Assembly: GCA_963514005.1 (NCBI GenBank)
Contig: OY740785.1
Location: forward strand, 122,326,001 to 122,390,000
Direction: 5' to 3'
Source: Raja brachyura
Taxonomy: Eukaryota
DNA: 64,000 nt
Both the position numbers and the translations under genes were made by a program. Positions 1 to 11,926 of the stretch are shown here, piece after piece. Position 1 is the first letter of the stretch; each line of letters begins with the position of its first letter. Below the pieces are notes generated by a model. The model was not told the origin of the DNA. It saw only the letters and a program-made list of their open reading frames with translations, and made no database searches.

Positions 1-162
1 CTGCTCTCTCGTTGGTTCCTCTACATGTTGGTTTAGAGAACTATCCTGCATACATTCCAAGAAACCCTCTTCCTCAGCACCCCAGCCAATTTGATTCGCC
101 CAACCTATATGTAGATTGAAGTCGCCCATTATAACGGTTTTACCTTTGTTGCACGCGTTTCT

Positions 163-557
163 TTTTTTTTACACTTTAGTTTTTATTGCTTTTATGTATA
201 CACAAATATAACAACGAAACATACAACATTACAGTGAAACGTGCAGCGGGGGGTTCAGTTTACAATTAATGATGCAGTATACAGAACTATTTTCATATTA
301 AAACATTTTCCAATAACTTACATTATTGTCTATAAAATTATACAGTGTTGGTGTCTTTATTTCTACACCTAATCTATTTTTCTCATTTTCTATTAAACTT
401 GTCTTCTTTCACTCTTAGAGAATATGTCATTTTCTCCATGACAAATATTTCCTGTACTATGTCTAACCATTGTCTAAGTCTGGGTGTGTCCGCTCCAAGC
501 CAGTTTCTTGTAATGGCCTTTCTGCCAGCTGTGAGTAGGATTTTAACCAAGTAATGA
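163..557 (-). mobile_element. 5'-truncated L1-type LINE 3' end with target-site duplication
   Basis: Poly-T at 162-170; reverse strand reads KILLTAGRKAITRNWL...QWLDIVQEIFVMEKMTYSLR (fish L1 ORF2 C-terminus); imperfect TSD acgcgtttct (153-162) / acgcatttct (558-567). Confidence 0.8.
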
Positions 558-692
558 ACGCATTTCTAATTTCCTGTTTGATACCATCCCCAACTCCACT
601 ACTACTGTTAGGTTGCCTGTACACAACACCCACTAGCGGTTTCTGCCCCTTAGTGTTTCGCAGCTCTACCCATATCGATTCCACATCCTCCA

Positions 693-1338
693 AGCGGAAG
701 TGGCGGTGCTGCTTGGCAGCTGCGGCTCACCTGCAGTCCGTCTGTTTTTTATTTTATTTTTGTCTTCGTGTCTGTTTTTAGTGATTATTTTTGGTTTATT
801 AGGTTGTGTGTGTCAGAGGGACAGAGGGCGGCGACCTGGCTTTTGGGGCTGCGGTGCTCCAGCGATGTTCCGGCGGCGGCCTGGCTTTCGGGGCTGCGGT
901 GCTCCAGCGGCGACCTGGCTTTCGGGGCTGCGGTGCTCCAGCGGCGACCTGGCTTTCAGAGCTGCGGTGCTCCAGCGGCGGCCTGGCTTTTGGGGCTGCG
1001 GTGCTCCAGTGATGTTCCGGCGGCGGGCCCTGTGGCGGCGTTCCGGCGGTGACGGCGGCCCGGTTTCGGAGGCTCGGCCGCGGGCCTGGTAGACGGCAGC
1101 ATCGGAGGCCTGGATCTTCTCAGCGCAGAGGGAGAACAAGGAGGGAAGAAGACAGAGACTCTAAGACTTTTGCCTTCCACCACAGTGAGGAGGTGTTTGG
1201 TGAACTCACTGTGGTGGATGTTAAATTTGTGTTTATTGTGTAATTTTGTTATTTTTAATATATGTATGACTGCAGGCATGAAATTTCGTTCAGACCGAAA
1301 GGTCTGAATGACAATAAAGGTGATTCTATTCAATTCAA
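693..1338 (+). mobile_element. GC-rich non-autonomous retroposon with internal 34-bp tandem repeat
   Basis: Interrupts the CR1; ends AATAAA plus attca-like tail; five ~34-bp units gcggcgacctggctttcggggctgcggtgctcca at ~827-1010; second copy at ~54296-55053. Confidence 0.75.
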
Positions 1339-1727
1339 TGTCCTTCCTTTCTATTGCGTTAATCTCCTCTCTAACCAGCAACGCTACCCCACCTCCTTTT
1401 CCTCTCTGTCTATCCCTCCTGAATATTGAATATCCCTGGATGTTCAGCTCCCAGCCTTGGTCACCCTGGAGCCATGTCTCTGTGATCCCAACTATATCAT
1501 AATAGTGAGATTAAACGAGAACTTACCTGTTCGAAGTTTGATCTTTATTTTATGAGGAGTTACGATGAGGGATTACGTGAAGAAGACCCCGCCTGGCGCT
1601 GGAACGGCATACTTCAAAGCAGCGGCATGAAAAACACAGAACCAATAGCCGGAGTAAAATAGTAAGGCTCAAAATAGACTAGAACTAACTGATGATCATT
1701 TATATCATGAGGGTTGGGAGTGGAGGG

Positions 1728-1840
1728 CACGTAATCCCTCATCGTAACTCCTCATAAAATAAAGATCAAACTTCGAACAGGTAAGTTCTCGTTTAATCTC
1801 ACTATTTTACTTCGGAGTCACGTGAGTGACTACGTGAAGA
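1728..1840. repeat. DIRS internal complementary region (ICR)
   Basis: 1728-1806 is the reverse complement of 1501-1579, and 1804-1840 is the reverse complement of 8384-8420, overlapping at ATT (1804-1806). Confidence 0.95.
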
Positions 1841-2193
1841 TTTTAAAGCCCTGTGTTTTCCATGTCGTAAACTCATTTCATACGACTCTCTGCTTGGTCA
1901 AAATAGTAGTGAGTAAAAAGTATTTTAACACATTGTTACAATTTATGTAATAAGTCCTTTAATTATAAAAAGAACAACTTTTTAAAATAATAACCCCTCT
2001 ATTGCAGGGGAAAATTACAAAATAATTGATAAGTTATGTCAATGGTAACATAAATCGATAAAATAAATCGATAATATAAACAAAGCAAGCATTAAAAGAG
2101 AACCCAGTACTGCGTGTCCAAATCCTGGCACCGTGACAACAGGTTTATTGTAGGACTTTGAAAAAGTTTCTTCTCTAGACCACCCTGCGGCCT

Positions 2194-3044
2194 CTAAAAT
2201 TTGATCGAGTGGTACGTCCTGTACCTTCGCCGCGGACGTAGCTGCCCTAGTGTAGTGAGATTTAACACATCAGTGTCTATTCCTGCTAGACCCAAAACCT
2301 GTTTTAACCATCTAGAAATGGTTTGAACTGAAACTTTTGTATGTGGTTTTTTGTGTGTTATCAATAACGTTTTCTCAGAACCTCTGAGATTTTTGGTTAC
2401 CTCCATGTATTGAGTTAAATGCTTAACTACACACAATGTTTCATCAATAGGATATGCTTTAAACATTACCTTCATTCCAGTTCTCCCTGGTCTGCTTTGT
2501 TTCACCGGTCATAAACATAAACACAATGTTATCTGAAGTCACATGCATGCAATCCAACCTTAACAATTGCAAAGTCTGTACTCTTTGAGCTGATACCAAT
2601 GCCATTAACATAACCACCTTCAATGTTAAGTTCTGCAAAGATATTGAATTAATTGGAGTCCATTGTTTAAGTAAAGTAAGAACAATGCTAACATCCCAAA
2701 TTCCTGTATATCTGGGCTTGGGAGGATTTATATTAAAATACCCTTCATGAATCGAGATATTAATGGGTGAGACCCAACTGAATCCCGATCCGAAATTTGT
2801 CCTAAATAGGATGACAATGCACTCCGAGCACAATTAATGGCACTATAACTCAAATGCTCATCAAAGTGTAACCCAGCAAGGAACTCCAATACATTTGAAA
2901 TGTTTGCAGAATGATAAGATATCTTTGCCTGTGTACAAAAGGCTTCCCATTTCTAATATGCGACATATATTGTTTTCTAGTGCTAGTCCTCCAAACTGTA
3001 TCTATAACATCCATGGTCCTGTCCGACAGTTCAAACTCTTGCAA
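2194..3044 (-). pseudogene. DIRS tyrosine recombinase, frameshifted
   Basis: ORF pieces with WRTSTRKQY, PPKPRYTGIWDVSIVL, LMALVSAQRVQTL and KPHTKVSVQTISRWLKQVL. Confidence 0.88.
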
Positions 3045-4173
3045 TGGTCTGGTCAGAACCTGCAGATTAACAAATTCATATGATCATGCAATGGATGAAT
3101 TTCTTTTGTTACTGGTTGTGTCAACAGATTGTCGCACTGGGAATTACCATACATGGTTCAATAATCATTTTAAGCATCAATGGGAACCATGACTGTGTGG
3201 GCCAAACTGGCACCACCAAAATGACTTTGGCAGCGTCTTGCGCTATTTTCTTGAGACATTGCCCAATGAGACAGAATGGGGGAAAAGCATAAAAGAACAT
3301 ATTCCCCCAGTGTAGCGAGAAAGCATCCACCGCTACTGCCCCTGGATCGTGTTCCCAAGACACGTATTTCGGCAATTGGTGATTCAATCTAGATGCAAAC
3401 AGATCAATCTCCGGTACTCCATACCGACTGACAATATTTTTGAAAATTTTTGGATTTAACATCCATTCTGTATTGTCTTTAAATATTCGTGATCTTTGTC
3501 TGCCACAACATTGTCTCTCCCTGGGAGATAAATAGCTGAAAGCCAAATATTTTTGCAATACACCACTGCCATATCTGGTTACCAGATGATCACATTTATT
3601 TTGATCTGACACCACCATGTGATTGATATATGCCACAGCTGTGGTGTAATCTATTTGTACTTGGACATGCAAATCCTTTAATGAAGAGCAATAAGCTTTA
3701 AATCCATAAAATGCTCCCAGTAGCTCCAAATAATTAATACCATATGTTTGGAGCAATAAATCCTCTTGGACAGCCCATCTGCCCCCACAGCTGGTCTCAT
3801 TGTCCGTAGCCCCCCATCCGAGCGAGCTTGCGTCCGTTTGTAAAACACGACTGGCTGATGAACTAAAATGTTCTTAGCAGCTTGTGGAACATTCTCAATC
3901 CACCAATGTAATTCCGATACAGCTTCCTTAGGCAATTGCACTGGCCTATCAAAATGGCCTGCTCGCTGAATTAGCGCTTTAGTTTTTGCCCTTTGAAGAT
4001 TTTGGTAATGTAAACGACCAAATTCTACTGCTGGAAATGCTGCTACCAATTTACCAATACCCTTGGCAACCTCTCGGATGGAGGGATAAGGTTTGTTAAT
4101 CAGGGTTTGACACACATTTGTCAAATCTAACTCCTTATCCATTGGTAAAGTTACCAACATGGTGACTGAGTAA

Positions 4174-6189
4174 AGGCCCTGTCTCACGGTGCGAGTCCAC
4201 CCAAGAGTGACCCCAAGTGAAAGAAAAAAAACGGACTCGTGGTTATGCACGAGATTCAAAGTTTATGGTCAAGTTTTTAACCGAGTTCCCACGGGCATGT
4301 TTTTATACGATGTGCCAAGGCGCTCTCCCGTGTTACCAAGTTCCTCTCCCTTTATACTTGAGCCAACCGTGAATGAAGGTATGTTTTAATAAAGCAACAA
4401 TGTTAAAGAAAACATCTCCATCCTGTGGCTTTCAGTTAAAGATAGATATCAGCGCGGCTGCATCTATTAATATGACTTACAGAGGGAAAATGCGCATCAG
4501 ATTGTTGGGAGACGGAGCTCAGGGTTCGCCTCCTGAGCTGCTTTGGTCCCCAGGCGTGAGGGAGGTTGGGGAGGGTGGGGGGGGGGGGGGGGGGGGGGGC
4601 GTCATTAATCTGTCTGGGGTGACAAGTCTCTTGGGTTAGGAGTGGAGTGCAAGGGAGTGGTGTGCAAGGGAGGCATAATTCCCTCCGATCTCTCTGAAGC
4701 CCCGGACGAGAACAAAGGAAACCTAACTTGGCAGCGCGTACAAGCCCTTTGTATATTCGGGTCTCGACCCGAAACGTCACCTATCTCTTTACTCCTTCAC
4801 TCCTTAGATGCTGCTGCACCCGCTGAGTTTCTCCAGCCTTTTGTGTACCCCCGTTGTATATAGCTTTGCTGCTGACGTGCACACCCACTCTCTCTCCCCC
4901 TCTCTCTCTCTCTCACTGCAGCTCAGAGCCCAACCTCGCCATCCTATAGTGGTAACATTCACATCGGGTCCCCTCCACACCCACACCCCCTCTCTCCGAC
5001 ACACACCCCCCACAAGGCAACAGGCAGCGTGAGAGACAGAGAGTTTGTAGGGTGTTAGTTTTGTATAAGGATTTATTATTAAATTATTAGCCAAAGTCAG
5101 ATTTACTTATTTTAAACGAAGTTTGGAGCGCTTGACAATACTTTTTTTTCTCTTTGCGCTCGTTTTCAGAAAGGGTTCAGACCCCGCTTAGCTCGTTGCC
5201 CCCTTTGAACCAAGCCCTGCGAGAGGGAGGGAGGGAGGGAAGGTGTGAGTGAACAAGAGCGCCGAGGAGGAGAGGGAAATAGGGGGGGGGGGGGGTGGGG
5301 GGAGGAGAAATAGGGAAGAAGTTAGTTGTTCAGATCAGAAACCTGTAGGCTGGGAGCCATAATGGTGAAGAGCACACCCAGTTCTTCTGAGGAGTGCATA
5401 AGAGACATCGATCCGAAGCAATGTTCCTCTAGAACTATAACTGAAACCGTGTCCACATCACCTCCTCTTGGTCGGACCGCAACACCAAATCTACGCGTCA
5501 GGAAAATCCATTGATTCATCTCCATGGTTTTTATAGCTAATTTTCCAATAAATAACTGCAGTAATCACCCCCCGAAAGGGTAGGATAGGGCTGAAGCCCA
5601 GTGTTTAGACGTTGGAATGGTTTTTTTTAATCATTCTAATAGAATGATTTTCCAACTCCTGTGGTAATTAAACCTTTTTTTCACTCCTAGTTTTTTTTAA
5701 CATATTTTTAGGATATACATTATATATAAAAGTGTACACATGGGAAAATAAGACGAAAATGACCAAAAAGCAAAGAATATTTAGTCGAGGGTGAATTAAA
5801 TTTTGTGATTAAGACTCGAGCGTGAATGGCACTGAAATAATTTAAAGAGTTCCCACGGTAGACTCACGAATCACTAAGTTAAACGCACGGGCCCTACGTT
5901 CTTACAACGAGTCTAAATGTTTCAGTTTTAATCTTGAACACTAAATTTGACTCGTGGAAAAAGTCAAACATGTTTGACTTTTTCCACGAGTCAAATTTAG
6001 TGTTCAAGATTAAACATGTTTGACTTTTTTCACGAGTTCACAAGTTTCACGGGTACCTGCCGTTAGCGCCAGGAGTGGACAAGTTGATCGCGCGAGGTCC
6101 GACGTTCCGGCTACGTTGGCTGTACGTGATCACCACGAGTGAAAACTCGGGGTCACTCGTGGGCCAACTCGCAACGTGAGACAGGGTTT
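4174..6189. mobile_element. Non-autonomous DNA transposon (PIF/Harbinger-like) inserted in DIRS RT
   Basis: Imperfect TIRs aggccctgtctcac / gtgagacagggttt, with further subterminal complementarity (gagtgacccc / ggggtcactc); flanked by TAA (4171-4173, 6190-6192); RT text resumes on both sides (YLGFVI / SVTMLV). Confidence 0.8.
5927..6014. repeat. Perfect 88-bp spacerless palindrome
   Basis: 44-nt arms tttaatcttgaacactaaatttgactcgtggaaaaagtcaaaca and its exact reverse complement. Confidence 0.97.
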
Positions 6190-6876
6190 TAATCACAAAC
6201 CCCAGATATTGAATGGTTTGCGATGGCTGTAACTTAGACTTTGTTGGATGGATCAGAAACCCCAATTCTCAAACAAGCTAATGGTTGCTGAGACTGATTT
6301 CCCAGCTGATTCCTGATTAACATTGACAATTAAAATGTCATCTAAATAAACCCTAACGATGTGTTTTGGTGCCATTAGCAGTGCAAGTGCTGGCTTTAAC
6401 AATTAAGTGAACAATCTAGGTGCTGAACTTAATCCTTTAGACAAAGCTTGTATTGCCACAGCTGTCCCATCCATTTAAACTTTAAATACCTGCGAAAACT
6501 ATGATGAATTGGGACGGAATAATAAGCCTCCTTCAAATCTATTGTAGCCATATAACAGCCTGTTGATACCAACTGCATTGCAGTGTGAAATGTGTCCATT
6601 TTAAAATGTTTACACTGGACAAATGTTTCATTCAAAAGTGTGAGATCTAAAATGATCCTACAACCCCCATCTTTCTTTGTTCTGGGAAAAATGTTTGATA
6701 CAATTGTTGTGGATCCTCTCCAGATTCTAAATAACTCCTTTTTTACTCAAATTCTTAATCTCTTTAACAATTTGAATTTCCTCACTCTCTGAGAACATCA
6801 AAGAATGACTAGACTCATTCCGTCCCAATGGATCCATACCTTCCACAAAATCAATGGTAAATCCTCTCAGCAGTGT

Positions 6877-8148
6877 CTAATACAACACGATCAACTGTAA
6901 TATTGTCCCATTCCTCATAAAACATTTGGAGTCTACCACCAATCTGTGGCTCATCCCAACATTCCTCTTAATAGGATAATGTTTATGTACCTCTCCACCT
7001 GGACGAAATGACTTCCTTTCCCAATAAATGGGCGTACATTTGGCTGTGTTGGCTGGAAAATGTCCCTTATCATACTCCTGCCTCGGCTTGTACCAGCTGC
7101 AAGTCAAATCCCTTTTTATATAGCCAGTCCATTTCTGGCCAAAGGTGAAGGGTTTCATACGACCAAAAGTCTTTGCCTCTTCATCCATTTCTTTAATTTG
7201 TTTAGACAAATCCTCTCCGAACAAAACCCTCTAGGAGTTTGAACATTGCTTGGTTTACACAATCCTGCAAATCTTGAATGTAATAGAGGTCGAATGGCAA
7301 TCTTACTCATACAATTAATCTCAAATGAGTTGCAAAATAAGGCCAACATATGTTTCTGCACTTTGGTCATTCCACAACCTTCCACTTATCTGCCAGGTGC
7401 AGTAATGCCAGCTGAAAACAGCTTGAGGACTCTTTGAAATCGAATTCATTGCGCCCGCATAATTGAAGACATTGGCGCCCAAACAACTGGATTCACCGTA
7501 GGTACCTTCAAAGAGGCACAATTGATAGATGTTTTATACATTTCTGCTGTCTCAACCATAACAGCATCTTGAAGCGGGTGAGAGACCATATAATTAATAT
7601 TGGCCGCCAGGTTATCTTCCATGGCCTCACCGCTTCCTCCAGGTATAGCAAAATCTTGTGCCACATCAGGCACACCTGGATCCATTGTGGTGTGTACTCC
7701 GGACCACAATCACCACTTTCAGGGTCTGTCTCATACAGCCCTGGTTCTCCTGAAACTTGTTCAAGGAGATTACCTCCAGTCCATACCCAGGCACTGGGGT
7801 TTCAATTCCCAAATCGAATTGGCACCATATTCACGATATGGAACCCCCTCAGGGGCTGCCTGGGAATATTCTGGGTTCTTAGACCCTTGGTTGATTATAG
7901 TCTGGAGCAATTTTCTCCATTTGGTCCATTCTGAGCCATAAGGCTTTCCTTTCTGGACCTTCAGAATCAGAGTCCTCAGAAACCCCAGGCCTTTCAGCTT
8001 TCCTTTTACATTTTTTAGGCACTGGGATTTTCTCTACAGTTTCTGTTTGTGGAGTAATCAAAGCCTCACTAACGGGTGTTTCAACGGCCACCGGTATCGG
8101 AACCGGCTCCGCAATCTGCTGTCCCGACTCTACAACACCCCGGGACAC
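6877..8148 (-). pseudogene. DIRS gag-like ORF1, fragmented
   Basis: Position upstream of pol; fragments such as NCASLKVPTVNPVVW and FGEDLSKQIKEMDE; homologous fragment in the second DIRS. Confidence 0.7.
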
Positions 8149-8956
8149 ACATTTTACCCGCTGTTTTTTTTTTTGGCCTTCTCCATTTTTTTTTTTTTTT
8201 TTTTTTTACTAACTCCTCCTGGTTTTCCCACCAGGCTACGGAGTTCTGAAACCTCGCCCTAAATTTTGTAAAACTTCCTTACCTGCGGGCCGGTTCCTTA
8301 CCGCTGTGTGTGGAGCTGCGCTCTGCAGCTCTTTCGCTGCCGATAGCGTCGACGTAATGCCGTTCCAGCGCCAGGCGGGGTCTTCTTCACGTAGTCACTC
8401 ACGTGACTCCGAAGTAAAATCATTAATAGCTATCTACTCATCCACCTTATTACGAATGCTCCTCGCATTGAGACACAAAGCCTTCAGGCTTGTTTCTCCA
8501 ACGCTCTTGCCCCTTTTACAATTATGTTGAAAGGTGACCCTTTTTGATTTTTGCCCTGGATTTGTCTGCCTGCCACTTTTCACCTTGCTACCTTTTGCTT
8601 CTATCCTCATTTTACACCCCTCTGTCTCTCTGCTCACATTTAATAAACCCACCAACTCTTATTCTGTGTTTATTATTTTTTTCTTCTTTCCCCCCCTACG
8701 TGTTGCGTCTGACTGCTTCTCTGCCTCCTGCCTCACACACGGTCTATTTGCTTTCTCTATTTGAGTCCCTCCCCCCAACCGATTTAGTTTAAAGTCTCCC
8801 CAGTAGCCTTTGCAAATCTCCCCACCAGGATATTGGTTCCCCTCGGGTTCAAGTGCAACCCGTCCTTTTTGTGCAGGTCACATCTTCCCCAAAAGAGGTC
8901 CCAATGATCCAGAAACTTGCATCCCTGCCCTCTGCACCAGTCCTTTAGCCACGCAT

Positions 8957-9185
8957 TTATCCTCCACCTTGCTCCATTCCTATCTCACTGTCGCGTGGCA
9001 CAGGCAGTAATCCTGAGATTGTTACCTTTGCTGTCCTTCTCCTTAACTCTCCTCCTAACTCCCTAATTTCCCCTTTCAGGGCCTCTTCTTTTTTTCTACC
9101 TATGTCATTGGTACCTATATGTATCACAACCTCTGGCTTCTCTCCCTCCCATTTCAGGATATCTTGGACACGTTCAGTCACATCC
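8957..9185 (-). pseudogene. CR1 ORF1 SGNH esterase-like domain fragment
   Basis: DVTERVQDIL...PEVVIHIGTNDIG...KVTISGLLPVPR (GxND block). Confidence 0.8.
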
Positions 9186-9189
9186 CAGA

Positions 9190-10417
9190 CCCTTTTGTTA
9201 TGAATGCCAACATACCATTCGCTTTCTTCACTACCTGCTGCACCTGCATGCCTACTTTCAATGACTGGTGTACCATGACACCCAGGTCTCGTTGCATCCC
9301 CCTCTTTTCCTAATCTGTCACCATTCAGATAATAGTTTACCCTCCTGATTTTGCCTCCAGTGGAAAACCTCACATTTATCCACATTGTACTGCATTTGCC
9401 CACTCACCCAACCTATCTAGTTGAGTTTTTCTGTTTTTGGAGTCTTCACCTTTTTTATGTGGGGGGGGGGGGGGACTGCTTTCTAGGGTCCCTACCTGGT
9501 CGGAGAGGCAGCTTCCTCCGGGCTACACCGTCGACCCGTCCTGACGGCCTACCAGAGGGCCTGGAGCGGCGTTTTCTGGGGGGACCGCCCAGAACCATGG
9601 CTCCGGCAGCGCACAGAGCTGGAGCGCCATTGCGGAGCGGGCGATGCTTTGCCTGGGTCGCCGGCTTGGAGCTCTGGTGAGCCGAAGACCGGCGATTGGA
9701 ACATCGTGGAGCTGCGGGACTGAGGCGGCCGGCCGCGCTGAGCTTCAACCTTAACATCGGGAGCCTGGGATCTCTCGGCGAGATTGGCAGTTGTTGAGCT
9801 CTATTCAGCGCGGCCTGTTGGCGTCGGAAGCCGCGGTCTCCAGCAAGGAAGCGGCCGTTACAGGCACCCCGAGCCGCTGAGAGGGTTCTCCCATCACCGG
9901 AACACCAACACCCGGCGAAGAAGGGCCTGGAATATCGGCCCTGTAGTGGCGACTGTGGAGGCCTCAATAGGCCTGACTAGGGGGATGGGGCCTGGACTTT
10001 GTGACTTCCGTCATAATGGGAACCATTGTGGGGGGATGTTTTTTAATATTTTTGTTAAATTCTTTAATGTTATGTCTTATCTTTATTTGTGTGCTGCATG
10101 GCAAGACAAATTTCACTACACCAATTGCCTTTGCCCTTTGCCCTTTGCCCTCCTAGCATCCTCCTCACAGCTAACACTGCCCCCCAGCTTCGTGTCATCT
10201 GCAAACTTGGAGATATTGCCTTCAATTCCCTCATCCAGATCATTAATATATATTGTAAATAGCTGGGGTCCCACCACTGAGCCTTGCGGTACCCCACTGG
10301 TCACTGCCTGCCATTCTGAAAAGGACCCGTTTACTCCTACTCATTGCTTCCTGTCTGCCAGCCAGTTCTTTATACACATCAATACTGAACCCCCAATACA
10401 GTGTGCTTTAAGTTTGT
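9190..10417 (-). mobile_element. CR1 RT fragments (9190-9420, ~10135-10417) interrupted by a second GC-rich non-autonomous element (~9421-10125)
   Basis: [22 protein letters not shown] and FADDTK on the minus strand; intervening CpG-rich non-coding insert. Confidence 0.7.
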
Positions 10418-10419
10418 AA

Positions 10420-10625
10420 TCTCTTCCTCTTTGCTTCTTCCTTTCTTTATCCCGACCCCCCCCCCCCCCCCCCCCCCCATCCCAACATCCGTCTGAAGAA
10501 GGGTCTTGAACTGGAATGTCGCCTATTCCTTCGCTCCATAGATGCTGCCTGACCTGGTGAGTTACTCCAGCATTTTTGTCTACCTTTGATTTTTTCCAGC
10601 GTCTGCAGTTCTCTCTTAAACCACA
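10420..10625 (+). mobile_element. Short Penelope-terminal-repeat-derived element with degenerate hammerhead motif
   Basis: ctgaagaagggtct...gatgctgcctgacc...gagttactccagcatttttgtc shared with the copies at 41277 and 45577. Confidence 0.65.
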
Positions 10626-11926
10626 TGATGGGAGTGTTGACCATAAATTGGAGCGACCTGTTATGTGAATTCACTGCACATTGGGAGCGCTGTCTACAAA
10701 TTAAATATTGTGCTCTTTACTGCAAAATGGTTCTTTATCTATATTATAATGCATTTGCCACACATCTTCTCACTCAACCTGTCCAGGTCACCCTGCAACC
10801 TCCTAACATCCTCTTCACATTTCACACTGCCACCCAGCTTTGTGTCATCCGCAAACTTGCTAGTGTTGCACCTAATTCACTCTTCCAAATCATTGATATA
10901 TATGGTAAATTCTGATCAGGGAAGCAATTTTAAAGCTCTGAGTGGCTGTGGGGAGATTTAGGACATTGAGACTCTGGAAAGTATATATCGCGACCCAAGC
11001 TGAAATGTTTCAAGTTTCAATCTTGAAATGTAAACGTTTTGCAGTTAAATCTGTGGACGCTAAATAATGCAGCATGTTTGGGTCAGTCTGAGTGTCCTTT
11101 GGTCAAGATGAAAGGTGCTGAGTTCAAATGGTTTCAATCCTCTTGCAAATGGACATTGTGGAAGAGCAGCTTGCTCTCCAGAAGTGGTGTCGCATTCTTG
11201 CATTGCCCTCACACAAACGCCGCGTTATTCTCTGCCATCGTATTGCAGGGCAGTCCCCTTTGCACAATATAAAATCTATTAATCCTGTCTGGGAAATCTC
11301 AGGTCATTTTACTATTGCTGCCAGTTGCCAGAAAAGAATCCCTCTGGTCAGTTGCGAAAAACACATTGAGGAACATTTTTTTGTGTTTATTTTAGATGAG
11401 AGCGCAGCTGGACGCAACCGACACATTGATGTAAATAATCTCAGAAATAGAACACTGACAGACAGAAACAGTATCTAATTGTCCCCACCAAAGCAGTACA
11501 GAATTAGGCCGTGTGCCATGCAAATATTCAACCGATTCAAAAGCAAAGTGAATGTTTCAGATGGTTTTCTGCTCGTCATTTGATAATATAATGGAGATTA
11601 TATCCACGTTGACTTGAGGTAAAGAAATCCAGAACTGGGAGTTTGTGCAAACATTCCGAAGGCTGGAATGGGGAGAGGGGAGTTCCGTGACCCAGCGCTC
11701 TCTCCATACCAACCCACTCTTTTATTAAACTTCTCGCCACGTCTCCCAGAACTGGCAATACCCGAATGTCAATGTGAAGGAAGCAATGTTCTGCCTGAAA
11801 GGCTGAGGATAGTGTGAGGCGGGAGACTTGTATCAACATGTAATATGTGTATTCAGTTATCGGATGGAAGTAAAGTAGCCTGAAGCTGACCCATGATGAT
11901 CTTGGCCTGGTTGTGCGTGATGAGGC

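Larger units (their letters stand above)
3121..6850 (-). pseudogene. DIRS pol (RT, RNase H, DNA N6-adenine methyltransferase-like domain), frameshifted and interrupted by a DNA transposon
   Basis: MATIDLKEAYYSVPIH, VYLDD near 6340-6354, INYLELLGAFYG, IDLFASRLNHQLPKY and YAFPPF motifs. Confidence 0.88.
1501..8420 (-). mobile_element. DIRS1-type tyrosine-recombinase retrotransposon, full-length but degenerate
   Basis: 37-bp perfect inverted repeat 1574-1610 / 8357-8393, internal complementary region, AAT at both ends, gag-RT-RNaseH-methyltransferase-YR remnants on the minus strand. Confidence 0.95.
1..9190 (-). mobile_element. CR1-clade LINE (endonuclease region plus ORF1 end) split by nested insertions; pieces 1-162, 558-692, 1339-1500, 8421-~9190
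   Basis: Pieces are colinear with the intact copy at 52170-53015 (VESIWVELRN, LKALCLNARSIRNKVDE) and rejoin across each insertion. Confidence 0.9.

Noticed and set aside
827-1010. CRISPR-like array of 34-bp repeats
   Set aside because: Head-to-tail repeats without unique spacers, inside a eukaryotic retroposon; no cas genes.
3121-3756. Adenine methyltransferase-like motifs as bacterial or phage transfer
   Set aside because: This domain is a normal part of DIRS1 pol.
4575-4600. Long G/C homopolymers (also ~10456-10478, ~27681-27699) as functional G-quadruplexes
   Set aside because: They lie within repeats, and run lengths are unreliable in assemblies.
9455-9967. Long Arg/Gly/Pro-rich ORFs here and at 700-1381 and 54273-54960
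   Set aside because: Stop-poor by-product of GC-rich non-coding repeats.
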